Positions 38,745-50,860 of a stretch of 64,000 nt of DNA are shown in pieces (position 1 is the stretch's first letter; each line of letters starts with the position of its first letter). The notes under the pieces were generated by a model. It did not search any database. It saw only the letters and a program-made list of their open reading frames with translations, and was not told where the DNA came from. The stretch lies in contig NC_045701.1 in assembly GCF_009834535.1 (NCBI RefSeq), forward strand, positions 26,536,001-26,600,000, given 5' to 3'. The DNA is from Camelus ferus (Eukaryota). A program made the translations under genes and the position numbers.

Positions 38745-39350
38745 AATTTCATAACTAGTTCTTGAATACTAGATACTGTACTAGGTCCTGGGAAGCAGGG
38801 GCATAAAAAGATCAACAAGACACGGTCTGTACCCTTAGGGAGCTCATTCACATGGTTTCAACTTCCTGTTGTATTAATAATAATAAAATTCATATAAGTT
38901 AGTCCTAACAAGGAAGGAAAGGCTTCATCCAGGAGATAATCTTTGAGTGATTCTCAGATCATAAGTAGAAGTTTACTAGGTAGAGGATAAAGGGAAGGCA
39001 TTCTAGGGAAAAGAAGCCACGGGTACAAAGACACAAGCTGTGGGACAGCACACTATGTTGAAGAGGTAGTTAGGTTGGTATGGCTGGACCATAGGCCATA
39101 TGGTGGACACAAAGGACTGAAGAACTAGGTTGAGGCCAAATTTAAGCCTGCTTGTGAAGGAAGGACACTGGATGACAAAGTAAGGGGTCAAAGTTTAACT
39201 TCTAAGCAAAGGACCTCCATCGGGGTCTGTTAGGAAAGAGGGCTGATGTGAACTGCTTCTGAGAAGACCAAAAGCAGGATGAAGATGGTGCCAGAGATAG
39301 CAGATAAGAGGCCACTGAAAATAGCGCAGGCAAGAGATAATAATGGCTAG
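38745..39350 (-). mobile_element. L2 3' region
   Basis: tactgtactaggtcctgg...agacacggtctgtaccctt...gcaggcaagagataataatgg. Confidence 0.75.
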
Positions 39351-39389
39351 CTTTTTGTTTGGTTATTTTCCATAAAGGTGACTACTAAA

Positions 39390-39590
39390 AAGGGTTTGGA
39401 GGCAGAAAACCAGAGAATGAACCCCTGCTTTTCACCTACTAGTGTCACTTAAACTTCTCTGAGCTTTCAGATCCTATCTATAAAATATGAACAATAATAC
39501 CTAGAGAATTATGAGGACTGAGCAAAGTGATGCATATAAATGTGCTTTGTAAACTGCCAACATTCTTTGCAAATGTAAAGTAATATCAAT
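39390..39590 (+). mobile_element. MIR SINE
   Basis: tttggaggcaga...cttctctgagctttcag...gtgctttgtaaactg. Confidence 0.75.
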
Positions 39591-39942
39591 ATTATCACTA
39601 TATACTCATCCACCTGATAATTTATTCAAAACCGCACATTATTTTAAATGTATTTTCCAACAAATGAGGTTTCCTATTTTCACTAATAACACAAGGTTGA
39701 ATAAATCAAACCTCATTAAATAGAAGTCAATTTTTTCAGTGTCTGGCATTGAAAATAAATGATGTAAAATAATGTGGTAGAAAAGAAAATGGAGCTGACT
39801 AATCATTTCTGATCTACTTGAATTCATTTTTTTCCCATGTATTCTCCAAGTTACATGACCCTTTTACTATCAGTGATGACTGCAAGTTTTAGATGCATAT
39901 GTAACCCAAAAAAGTTCTTGGTTAACCTCTCAGTTTTCTCAG

Positions 39943-39983
39943 ACACACACGCGCACACACACGCACACACACACACACACACA
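39943..39983 (+). repeat. Interrupted (CA)n microsatellite
   Basis: acacacacgcgcacacacacgcacacac... Confidence 0.9.
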
Positions 39984-41615
39984 AAGAGAAATTTGGAACA
40001 TTTGTCAAGATGATTTGATATCATGCAGATGGGCATTATATAAATGCAGATACTGTTGGGATAATTAAAGTACTATGGATGCAAAGGAGGACATTTTAGT
40101 TTCAAACTGACATAGACTCTAGACGCAGTGATGTTAATAGAAGTTAGCAAGACTGTCCATTTATTCCATGCATTAGCAGCTCTGAATTGTACATTTCCCA
40201 GCTACACCATGAGAGAAAAGCATGGCAGCCCTTGAAGGTTTTTTCCCTTCTGAGAAGAGACAGAAAGAAAACAGCAATTATTTTTTGAATCTAGAATAAA
40301 TTTGCTAAGAATCTGACTTGGAAAAGTAAAAATGGGATTGTGACTACCCTTCTTCTCATACATGAGGAGTTGGGAGGATAATCATTAGAATGATTTGGAG
40401 GGAAATTTTTAACTAAGCAAAAGTGTTACATGTCATTCAGAAAGTAAGTAATAGGTTGTTTGCATTGATTGGGTCATATGCCAATATTTTTGGCATATAT
40501 AGTTTGAGCAAGACAGCAATCCTTGATATACAGGGTAAATTGCTTAGCATTTCAAATATGCCTTCAGTCTGGGGAGTAAGTGGTGATGAAGTTCAAAAGG
40601 TGGCATGTTGTACCTCATATTCAAGGATAGCTACAAGTGTGTACTTAATGGTCTACCCTTAGAATCCTGCATGGATTTCCTTTCTGGTTCTATATCTGGT
40701 TTAGTAAAGCTGCCACCTGGTATGCCATCAACTCCAAATCAGAAAATTTCCTTCTGCCTTGGAGTAGCATTTTTCACCATAACAGGATCATTTTTTCTTT
40801 CAAATACTGTAAGCTGATTATCAATTTTTACCTCCAAATAACAGTTGATATTTTATTTATAATGTATACTCCTATTATTTCCAGAATGGATCTGAGTCAG
40901 AATTACAGAAACACTTTAGTGTGTGTCTTCATGAGTATGTGTACATTTCTGATTGCTTTTTCTCTCAATGTCTTTACGTATCTTTGAGGATATACGTCTT
41001 TCCTGTCTCCTGTCATCCAGCCGGCTCCTTAGGCCATGTCAAGTTGGTTCCTACAATTAGCGGAAACTAACAACAGCAATGTAAACACCCTTCTCTACCA
41101 AAGAACACTATTTGGTTGAATAAATCCTAGTAGAATGATTCAGATAGTTTTTCCAAAGTAAAAAATGAAGAATTAAGTGATATTTTTTCACAAGCTTGTA
41201 GAGGTAGGTAAGTCAAACTCAAGCAAAACCTAGAGCTCAGGCACAGCCAGCCAGGAAAGGAGTGATAAATAAGAGACTGTATGTAGTAACTGCTGCTATA
41301 AGTCAACAGGGCATCTTCAACAACGACGCAATGCTAAGACATCCCAAATGAATGAATGAATGATAAGTGACCTCAGGCACCTAGAAGTCAATCAGTAGAG
41401 AAAACAAACAAATAAAATATGTGCTTTCTTTAAGTTTTTCCATACTTCTGACAGTTTAAACTTCCTTAATTATTTTCCACTGCATATGAAAGCACCTGGC
41501 TGATATACAGAAAAAGAGAGAAAGAACATTTATAGCTGTATTTTGCTTTGCATTAAAGAGGCCCTATATTCATCATAATAATACTCCCCTATAAGCTACT
41601 ATTTCTTAAACACAG

Positions 41616-41672
41616 ATGAGAAGAAGAACACAGATTGCAGTGCCAAAATTGGAATCAGATGCACGTTCACCT
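41616..41672 (+). other. Candidate 57-nt exon (unverified)
   Basis: atttcttaaacacag|ATG...CCT|GTAAGG; length divisible by 3; two open frames. Confidence 0.12.
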
Positions 41673-41799
41673 GTAAGGAGAAGGCTGCCTTCCAGGCAGA
41701 TATGGGAGCATATGCTTTTGCCATTTTTGCTGCCCAGCCTCCAACTGCACTTCAGCCTTCCTTTGGGAGAGCAACCCTTTCCCTTGCATCCAGTTGTGT

Positions 41800-42155
41800 T
41801 GGGAGTGGGCACCCACTGCCTTCTATAGGAACTAAGGCATCCAGACCATCCCCTCCCTGCCTCAGCACAGTCACGGAGATGAACCTGATTCAGGCTCAGC
41901 AGATCAGACCCCTTTCCTGGAAGGTGAATCTGAAGGCATACAATAAAAAACACCAGCCAGTTCCTGTTTCAGAATCTTTGCTTCAGTTCCTTGGTTCCCA
42001 GTCCTCCAGAGTTCCTCTGTTCTTGCCTGCTTTTCTTCCTGATTCTCCAGATCCCCACCGATTTGGTAGCCCCCAGAGCTTTCCAGGTAATCAGGAAATT
42101 CCCTTTGGGCTCAATATAGAGAGTTGTTTCTGAAGCTTGCAACTATGAACCCTAA
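41800..42155 (+). mobile_element. ERVL/MaLR-class LTR remnant
   Basis: 3' end gaaattccctttgg...gttgtttctgaagcttgcaactatgaaccctaactgatac. Confidence 0.55.
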
Positions 42156-42454
42156 CTGATACTGGTATAGATAACAGGTATGAATCTTGCTTGTACTGAT
42201 ATTTGGCTACTTAAGTTCCTTATTTGAAGTGTAGCATAAACTCAACTTGAGAGAATTCTCTCTGGCTCTGGATGAGTGACCTACTTACTCCATTAGATCT
42301 GACAATCAGGAAACAAGCGCTAAGGGTCACAGATACAACACCAGGACATAGCACTACAAGAAATGCTAAAACGAAAGGCAGATTCCACTGTTAGCCCAGT
42401 GGATAGAATGATCCATTGTTATCCTCTCACTAGGATAGGACAGACTCATAGATG

Positions 42455-42570
42455 ACTTTCAAAATTTAGGCTGCATGAGAATCACTTTGGAAACTTGCTT
42501 AAAAAATGCAATATCCCAATCATCCTCTCAGAAATACTAATCTAAGTGGTATGATCTGAGTCCTACTTGA
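42455..42570. mobile_element. MER5-like DNA transposon fragment
   Basis: ttcaaaatttaggctgcatgagaatcactttggaaacttgcttaaaaaatgca. Confidence 0.6.
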
Positions 42571-43154
42571 TTCAAAGAATCTTCTTGTATCTTTTCCCAA
42601 GTTTCCTACAATTTCTATTTGGAAATTGGGAAAATTGGGAGGAATAGAGAAATAAATATTGTCTATAGAAGACCCTATTACTTGAGAAATGTAACAAATC
42701 AACATACAGTAGTGTTATATCCAAAGTGTACTTATTAAATCTGTTAAGATTCAATTATGTAGGCTTAGAAAAAGTAAATTAAAAAATGGAGAGGAAACTA
42801 TGAAAAGTGTAAGCAATTCTGCCCACCCTCTGGGGAAAAGAACACGTGTCCTCAGTCATCATTGTGCCTCTCCAAGTGACCATCTCCCCAGCTGCAGGTT
42901 ATTCTCGCATCTGCAGAGGTGGACATTTCTAACACTACGGCCCCAAAACATGCATTAATTGCTTTATCAGGTATCCAGCCAAACAAGCAGCAGTCTGTCC
43001 TAAGCTCTCAGAAACAAAACAAACAAAAACCCACACTGGATTTATTAAGAGACCTTAAGGAACTTCAGGGCAATTTTGCCAACGGTGATTTTCAGCTCAA
43101 GACTTGGTCCCCTAGTAAGATGACTGCTCTTATAAAACCCAGCACTGACAGAGG

Positions 43155-43325
43155 CAATACAGTGTAAAGCAAGGGTTAAATGCCTTCATTCTGAAGCCAG
43201 ATTGATTGAGTTCAAATTCTCGCTGTGGCGTTTATTAACAGTGTGACTTTGGGAAAGCTGTTTACCACTCCGTGCTCAGCTTCCTCATTTGTAAAATAAT
43301 AATCTCTCTTTCATAAGGAAGGACT
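43155..43325 (+). mobile_element. MIR SINE
   Basis: gagttcaaattctcgctg...gtgtgactttgggaaag...cagcttcctcatttgtaaaat. Confidence 0.85.
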
Positions 43326-43789
43326 TCAGGTTACTGGAGTGTCAAAACCACATGTAAATCTTGGTGCAGACAAAGGATAGCCCATGCTCACCTTTCTCCG
43401 TGTCCCAAGGCCAAGGGCCTGCAATAGTGTGCTTGACTAACATTGTTCCATTGAAATTCAAGCCAAGTGAAAGCGAGGCAAATGCTGGAAAAACATCCGC
43501 CTTGGTTTCACTTGGCAACTCCTGCAGCTGTAAGCAAAGCCACAGTAGCAAGATTCCACATGTGGGCTGAACAATTCAGCCAAGTCTCTTAGGTATCGAA
43601 TTATCACAGTAAGAACCAGGACTTGGGTTAAAACTATAAGACTTCCGAGGCCCACCTAGGCCTACTAGGGCCACCAGCCTAGTAGGTTTGGTACCCAAGT
43701 CATACAGTTCCAAGGCATCCTCTAATTCTCCATGGTGATGTTTATCACAATTTTGATTATTTAGTGTCTATCAGATTCTGTCCCTGATA

Positions 43790-43925
43790 TCATTCAACCC
43801 CGATGCTCCAGAATGTAAACTCCATGAGGACTTTTCCACTCCTGTATCACCAACGTTTAACATACTACTTTGAGCAATGCAGGCACTCAATAAATATTTA
43901 CTGAATAAATGAATGTGTGAATGAC
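43790..43925 (+). mobile_element. L2 3' end
   Basis: gaatgtaaactccatgaggac...gcactcaataaatatttactgaataaatgaatg. Confidence 0.8.
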
Positions 43926-44394
43926 AATCATATACATGTATAGAAGTTAAATATTTTCTATTTTTAAAGTGCAGGCTATGAATAAGGAATGGGACCAATA
44001 TCCACTTCTATATTGTCAGTTTTAAAGTCAGCCATATGCTCCACCATACTAAGTGTTCGCTCAATTCATCTGAATTCAACAACACTTCTTGAGCACTGCC
44101 ACGCACCACAGTGCTCAGGATACAGAGCTCTTCTCAGTGAGTTCATCTTCCCTTACATCCCCCTTTCCCACCAAATCCACAGGAAGGGGAACTTCATACT
44201 ATTCTTTCATTAATCGATAAAGAAAAAAGTATCTCTATATTTCTTTCTGTGCCCTCGTTCATGTATAGACATGGATAGACAAAGATATGTACTCTCTTTG
44301 TTGTATATTATGTAACTTTGCTTTGTGAACAATTACTTGCTGCATGGGTATAAATGGGTCCTCTGGGTGAGCCACCTGGGTCTGAGGCAATGGT

Positions 44395-44715
44395 ATGTTC
44401 TTGTCTACAGACCAGATAACATTGCAGTTAAAGACCTCAAAATCTCACTTACTCAGATGTGTTTTCTGACTCTCTTAAGTTCTTTGCAAGTTCAGTGGCT
44501 CCCCAGGGCAGCAGTGAACTGATCATTTCTATGTTGTGACTCTGCTGTCTCAACATTTAGCTTTCAAGGTTGCCATGCAGGGAAGGAGAGACGATGAAGA
44601 ACTCACAATGCTCTTCTATTCTTTGGTCCAGAGAGACATTCTATCTGTAGTCCCCTGATCAGAAAGAGCCACATGCCTCTACCTACCTGCAATGGTTCCA
44701 GGAAGGAGAGGGGGA
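44395..44715 (-). mobile_element. MLT1J-like LTR fragment
   Basis: gctttcaaggttgccatgcagggaaggagag...ctgatcagaaagagccacatg. Confidence 0.6.
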
Positions 44716-44834
44716 TCAGATATGTATAAACACTGAAAGTCTCCACTACGTTGTTGTAGAAGCAATCTCAACTAGTGGAGTAAACTGTGAGATCATTGGA
44801 GACCACTAAAGCTGGACTAGACATTAGGGAGTAT

Positions 44835-44965
44835 CTTCCACTTCCCGATTTTATAATAAAGGAGACTGAGGCTTAAAGATCATTGATGACTTCAGAGCTA
44901 GTTAGAGGAAATACCAAAACTGGACATTAAGTGTCCAGAACCCCTACCCAGTGTACTCTTCCCCC
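44835..44965 (-). mobile_element. MIR SINE
   Basis: cccgattttataataaaggagactgaggcttaaag...gagctagttagagg. Confidence 0.7.
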
Positions 44966-45964
44966 TGCATAGCGATCCTCCCACAGTACAGTCCACGTGG
45001 AATTCTGCATGGCCTCCCCATCAGTAGGAGGCTGCAAAATCAGATAAAAACTGAGCCTTTACGCTTCAGTCAGAGCCAAGTGTCTCATGTTGGTTGATTA
45101 AATGGATTAGAGCCGTCTGTCTAATTTCAGGAGAAATTCCATTTCCTTAGACTTTCCATTTTCAATGCAGTTATTTTCAATGAGAAATCCAGTAGGCAGG
45201 AACAATTTGTTGAGCCCTGAGGCCTGGATTTTAAATTTTTATTAAGTATGTATGTTACCCTCCCACATCAAGCACAGATAGTTAAATTCTGGCCTGGAAA
45301 ATCTGCTAGTATTTACTGGGCATATATGAACTGGATTGTATCTTGTAGTGCAGTGAGTTTGATTTATAGGTTATTCTTCTCTACTTATAACTTTTAATGG
45401 CATTGAAAATAGATTTAAAATTGGGCAATTTAATTTCCCATAATAGTTGAAAACACATTTGGTAGAGGAGAAATTTTTTAAGAGAATATATTTGAAATTA
45501 CCTGATTTAGGGTTCAGTTTGCAAGAGGCCAAAGTATACAAAACTGTCTGTCTCTTCTTTCCTCATAGTCTCTTCTTTTCACATATCTGTACCAAACATG
45601 CTTCTCTACTCAAGGGCCCTTTTCACCCTGACATCAGAGGTGACAAAGAAGGTGATGGTGGCAAACATCTACTTGGCAGGAGATGGAAAATCATGATCCG
45701 TCAAACTGACATCAACCAAATTCCAAAATGCCCCCTGATGCATGTGTGCCCTCTGACATGCTGACAGAGTCCTTTTAGGGGCACAGCAGCCAGAAGCGCA
45801 TCTTCAGGTCATTTCAAGTTGCAGTTAACAGCCACTTCTGGGCATTTCCTAGGAAACTTCTGTCCTCAGGCGCTCCTTCAGCACAGCCTCTCCCACCCTA
45901 CCTAGCAGCCCAGATAATTCTGACACCTACTCAATTTTTTTTTTCTAGATCATCCTCACATTGG

Positions 45965-45997
<33 letters not shown>

Positions 45998-46499
45998 CAA
46001 AAGAAAGAAGAGAAAAGAAAATTATATTTAAAGTAGGATGAGGTCTCAGTTTCTTCCTCTCTTTCAAATTCTGTTCCTTTAGTCCAGTGCCCTCCAGCTG
46101 TGCAAGGAGATCAGTGACTTTTTCAGATTCAGTGCTGACATCAGTGTGCAAATTGACTGGCAAGCAGTGTCAAGAGACCAGGCGATCAGCAGGTGCCTTC
46201 TGATGAATGTATACTTTCCCCTCCCTTCTCTGTAACCCAGTTAGCTTCTGGAGTTGGCATGACTCTCCCCAGCCCAAACCAATGCCCAAAGTGGGCATTC
46301 TAGCCTGCAATTCAATGTGTTCCTACTTAGCAATAGGACAGCTCATGATAGACTTGGATCACAATGTTAGATGAATTATCAGAAGTAGAACAGATAAGAT
46401 TTGTCAGGGTAACCAGATCATATTCAAGAGAATGTCTCTTCACGCAGCCCCACAGGAGCACAGCACTTGTCTGTGAGACATCATATTTATCCTGGATAT

Positions 46500-46660
46500 G
46501 TTACCCATCACCAGATACTAAATTATGAAACCTTAGTCAAGTCATTGAACTTCCCTGGGTTTCATCCTTCTGAGCTACAGAGTAGAGTCTTTAATGTACT
46601 TGTTTTTCTTTCTCACATGATATGTGAGGATAAAAATGAGACATCATAATAAAATGCTTT
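46500..46660 (+). mobile_element. MIR SINE
   Basis: accttagtcaagtcattgaacttccctgggtttc...gtgaggataaaaatgag. Confidence 0.65.
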
Positions 46661-46724
46661 ACTTGTGGGGATATTCGAAGGTGCAATCACTGAAAACTAA
46701 TTCAGAGTATTACTGCATCCATTG

Positions 46725-47230
46725 AAATTATATCTGGCTGGCTGTGACAGAAAGCCTAAAACCATAGAGGCTTACACAAGAAATAAGCTTATATTTCTCC
46801 AGCAAAGTCTCAAGGAATAAGGTCTGTTGCTAGTAAGGCAGCTCCAAGAAGTTAGCCAAGTTCCTTCAGGTCCTGAGTTTCTTACAGTGAGGCCCTTATG
46901 TGCTTAGTCCAAAATGGACTCTAGACTTTTAGTCAACATATCTGTAATTCTGATACCAGAGACAAGGAAGGGAGCAATGCAAAGGAAAGGACAAAGTATA
47001 TATGGCAGCTATCTTTTAAGGTAATATGCTGAAAACTGCCATACGACATTTCCACTGATTTCCAAAATGCCTCATTTGTATGTCATTTGAATCTATATCA
47101 TTGGCTAAAATTTAAATAGTCCTACTTAGCAGCAAGGAAGGGTAGGAAGTGTCTCTTCCAGACATCCACGTGTCCAACTGAAAATCAAGGAAGAATGAGT
47201 TTTAGGGTTGGCAACTAGCAGTTTCTGTTC
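46725..47230 (-). mobile_element. MLT1J-like MaLR LTR carrying a templated insertion
   Basis: ggctgtgacagaaagcc...tccaaaatggact...tcattggctaaaa...gcagcaaggaagggtaggaagtgt...ttggcaactagcagt. Confidence 0.75.
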
Positions 47231-47269
47231 TATCTAATAAAATAGAATCCACCCCTACCTTGTGACCTA

Positions 47270-47630
47270 GCAAGCCTGTATCTGGGTACATGCCTAAGGG
47301 AAGCTCTTTCGCATGGCTAGACTGACAAATGGACAGAAATTTTCATTGTGGCACCATTTCAAGTAGTTAAACTGCCTGTCATGAGGAAAATGGACAAATG
47401 AACTGTGGTTTATTTTTACTATGGAACTCTATACACCAACATTCATGATTTAAAATAATCAATCTTATTTACTTAAATCAATCTACATATATCTCAAACG
47501 ACTCTGAGAGGAAAATAGCAAGTTACAAAATATCTATGAAGTATGATACTATTTATACAAATTTTAAAATTACATGAAGCAATACTGTGTATTGTTTATG
47601 GACAAAATATATCTATAGGAAATATTTAAA
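47270..47630 (+). mobile_element. L1ME-like ORF2 end / 3'UTR
   Basis: ggaaaatggacaaatgaactgtggttta...tctcaaacg...gcaagttac...gtatgatactatttata. Confidence 0.7.
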
Positions 47631-47638
47631 ATTTGTCT

Positions 47639-47758
47639 GGAGGGTATAGCCTAAGTGGTAGAGCACATGCTTAGCATACGTGAGGTCCTGGGTTCAATCC
47701 CCAGTTCCTCTTCTGTAAATAAACAAATAAAACTAATTACCTTCCTCCCTTCCCCCCC
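47639..47758 (+). mobile_element. tRNA-Ala-derived SINE (camelid vic-1-like) with TSD
   Basis: ggagggtatagcctaagtggtagagcacatgcttagcatacgtgaggtcctgggttcaatcccc (A and B boxes), A-rich tail; TSD aaaatttgtctgg (47628-47640) / aaaatatgtctgg (47759-47771). Confidence 0.9.
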
Positions 47759-49069
47759 AAAATATGTCTGGACATGGCATGAACTTCAAAGTAGTTAGTA
47801 GTTAAGATGACTGATTTCTGTCCCCTTCCACCCATTTTGTCTCATGGCACTGACATCAGGAGGGCAGGTGGAAGAGCAAAACACTGGGTATTATACCAGT
47901 TTCTCTGAATGCATCATATGAAGGACATTGACTTAAAGTTGACTAGTAATTAACCAGATGCTCTGCACAATCTCTGTTCCAGAGGATGGGACAGAGACCT
48001 GTACCTACAGCAAGGTACAGTTTACTAATTTTATCTCTTTTGTACTATATTAAAAGCTTCTAAATCCATTGCTAGAGTTACTTCCTTCGGCAATTCTGTG
48101 ATACATTTTCCCAACCTTCAGAAAGTGGAGAAATTCAGGGAAACAATGCAGGTACAGTTAATTTTCACTAGGAGAATGAAAGTTCATGGAGAAACTTCTT
48201 CTACTGAGAAAGAAACTTCTTTCTGTTGTTAAACTCTTTTGCTAATTTCACCTTGGGATTATTGAGATACATAATAATCATTTATTGACATAAAGGCCTA
48301 TATCTACAGAAACAAATTACTTTCTTTTAAAGTCTTGGCAATCAACTATTCTCTGATTAAATCCTAAATTAAAAACCTTTCCACTGGTTACCAGCCTGCT
48401 TATAAATTTCAGTTTCCAAATGCCATGGGACTATGTCCTGTCTTGGATATAGTATTTCTTCCAATAGTCTCCAAATGTACAAAATCGGTTTATGCAAGTT
48501 TAGGGGTTCCATTTTAGATCCCCAAAGAGGATTTCTTTCCCTTCTGTTTTTTTCCCTGGTTTCAGGCACAGTAGCTAGAGTTCACAAAGGAAATTCCATT
48601 GCCATGCTAAAATCTGAAATGGCGGCTTTTATTATTCAATAACATAGCATAAGTCATGTTAAAAGGGATAGAAGGTAGGTGTTAGTTTTAAAAAGGAAAG
48701 AAGATATACTAAAAAAAATAATAGATATTGTTTAGTTTCCAATTCTTGAGGGAGTGGTTTCCAGTGATTTCCAAAATGCCTCATTTGTATGTCATTTGAA
48801 TGTCCAAAGTTGACACCTTTCAGAGATGGAGTGGACACCTCTGTGACTTGCTTAGGGACTCTTCAGAATAGCCTCCAAACTAAAACTATTTTCTCTGCTG
48901 ACTTGTCTCTGTGTCCCAATCCCTGCCAGTTATGTTCTTCCTCTGTGCCGCTACATTCCTTACAAGAATTTCCCTACTCCCTGCTGCTCACAAAGCAGCA
49001 AAGTTGACAATTTACCAACACATTACAATATTGGGCAAATCATATATCAGATTATCAATAGTTTTGTTT

Positions 49070-49388
49070 TTTTTTAATTTGTCATTGAGTAGTATTCCAT
49101 GGTATATATGTTCCATAGTTTGATCATCCATTTACAAGTCCATGCCTATTCGAATTTTTTCTATTTGGGACTAGTAAGAATAAAATTACTATGAACATCC
49201 ATATGGACATCTTTGTATGGATGTATGCTTTTATTCCTCTTGGATAAATGTCCAGAAGTGAGATTACTGGACCATATGGTAAATCTTCTTTAGTCTTATA
49301 ATAAATGGCGAGAATGTTTCCAAGTGTTTTATCATTGTACATTCCTATCAGCAATGAATAAGGTTTCTGGTTGCTCCCCATCCTCAAG
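49070..49388 (-). mobile_element. L1 ORF2 C-terminal fragment
   Basis: ORF 49124-49387 contains LPYGPVISLLDIYPRGIKAYIHTK, a degenerate L1 ORF2 LPYDPAIPLLGIYP motif. Confidence 0.9.
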
Positions 49389-50649
49389 GCAAGTAACTCT
49401 TAAAGGAAGATAGAATAGCAGAAGGAGAGAGAGGCCTTGGTACAATATAAAACCCCTGTCCGGGTCTTCCTGTGCTGGAAGATGCCGCCCAGCCGCTGCC
49501 CTTCTCTCTTGTCTACCTCACTCACTTTCCCTGCAGACGCTCAAAATAGGAATTGCCCTAGTAAGACTTGCATCCATCTCCCTGAATGAGACAAAGGTCT
49601 GCCTGAGATCACCAAGGTTGTTTTGTAGCCTGTCTGTTTCCTTTCCCCTGACTCTTCAGATTCCTCAGTCCTCCTCACCCTTTTGCCTTCATCTGAGGCC
49701 TTTTACCTCCTTTGATCTTAGTTAGTTGTGCCCTCCTGGCTGTCACCTGCCAGTGGGCCTGTTTTACCTTCCCTGTTCATTCATGCTGGGACTTGCACTA
49801 CTTATGAATGCATGAAACTACTCTGCTCAGCCTGGAGGCTTTACTCTTTGACTCTACTGCAAACTAATTTGGTCACATCTCTTTTGACCTTTTTTGGTAT
49901 ATATGTAATTATAGCCACTATATATAATTCCAGCCATGGCCTCTTCCATAAGAGCACATTTCTGACCAAAGTCTCCCAAATGTATTGACATTTACTAAAT
50001 GTTTACCAGTAAGTAGGTACAGTTTGTACAGCCTGTTCCACAAGTTCAATGAAGCCCTAATTCTCTGAGTCTTAACTGTGCCTGCCACTCTGTGTATGAG
50101 AGACTCACTGAAGGCAGATGGGTCAGTACTCTAGGGGCAGAATTTCACGGCCCTGATCAACAACATTAGCGCCAACAACTAGATACAGGATAGAGCTGCA
50201 GGCATCATCCTTGAGGGTATAGGCTACCAGGGTCTGCTAGGTTCTTAATTCCTATTTATGGAAATGTCAGGAGCATCTCTAAAATACTCCATCCATTCCA
50301 CATATCAAGGTGCCACTAATTTCACCAGTGAAACCTACTTCTATAATCCGTTACATTAATTAATGAGCCACAAATTTCACCAATGGAATCTCATTTCTAA
50401 CTTCATTCTAGCATCTGGTGTGAATCAAACATAAATATAATCAAAGCACATTTTAGAGTGTGAACCTTCTGATAAGACATCATCTGGTCACCCCTGAAAA
50501 TTGAATTTCTGATTAGGACAGTGCATAGCGTGTGACCAGACTAAGTGGTACCTACATACCTCACACATTGCTTGGTTTTGTTCTTGATTTTTGGAGAAGT
50601 ACTTTAAATTATAGATATCTTAACAACTCTTGAATCCTGCCTTTGAAAT

Positions 50650-50860
50650 AACATTTTGAGCACTGACTACATGCCAGGCAGCCTGTTAGGTGTTTTGTAA
50701 TTGCATTTATATACCTCATCTAGAAAGTTATAATAACACAATGAAGTAGATATCATTGTGCGTCCACAGAGAAGAACTCCAGTTCACCCAGTCATGTGAA
50801 GTGATAGAGCTCTGGTTCACATCTAACTCTACCATCTCCGAAGCAGTATTTCAGCCACCT
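50650..50860 (-). mobile_element. MIR SINE
   Basis: tttgagcactgactacatgccaggc...gtagatatcattg...tgatagagctctggttcac. Confidence 0.7.

Noticed and set aside
41606-42133. Overlapping ORFs of 115 and 143 aa
   Set aside because: Largely within an LTR remnant; no homology recognised
45967-45995. 29-nt poly(A) as a retrocopy tail
   Set aside because: No recognisable upstream mRNA or retroelement body and no clear TSD
47639-47712. Functional tRNA-Ala(AGC) gene
   Set aside because: Mismatched anticodon and acceptor stems, A-rich tail and TSD indicate a SINE
49124-49387. 87-aa ORF as a gene
   Set aside because: Degenerate L1 ORF2 C-terminus
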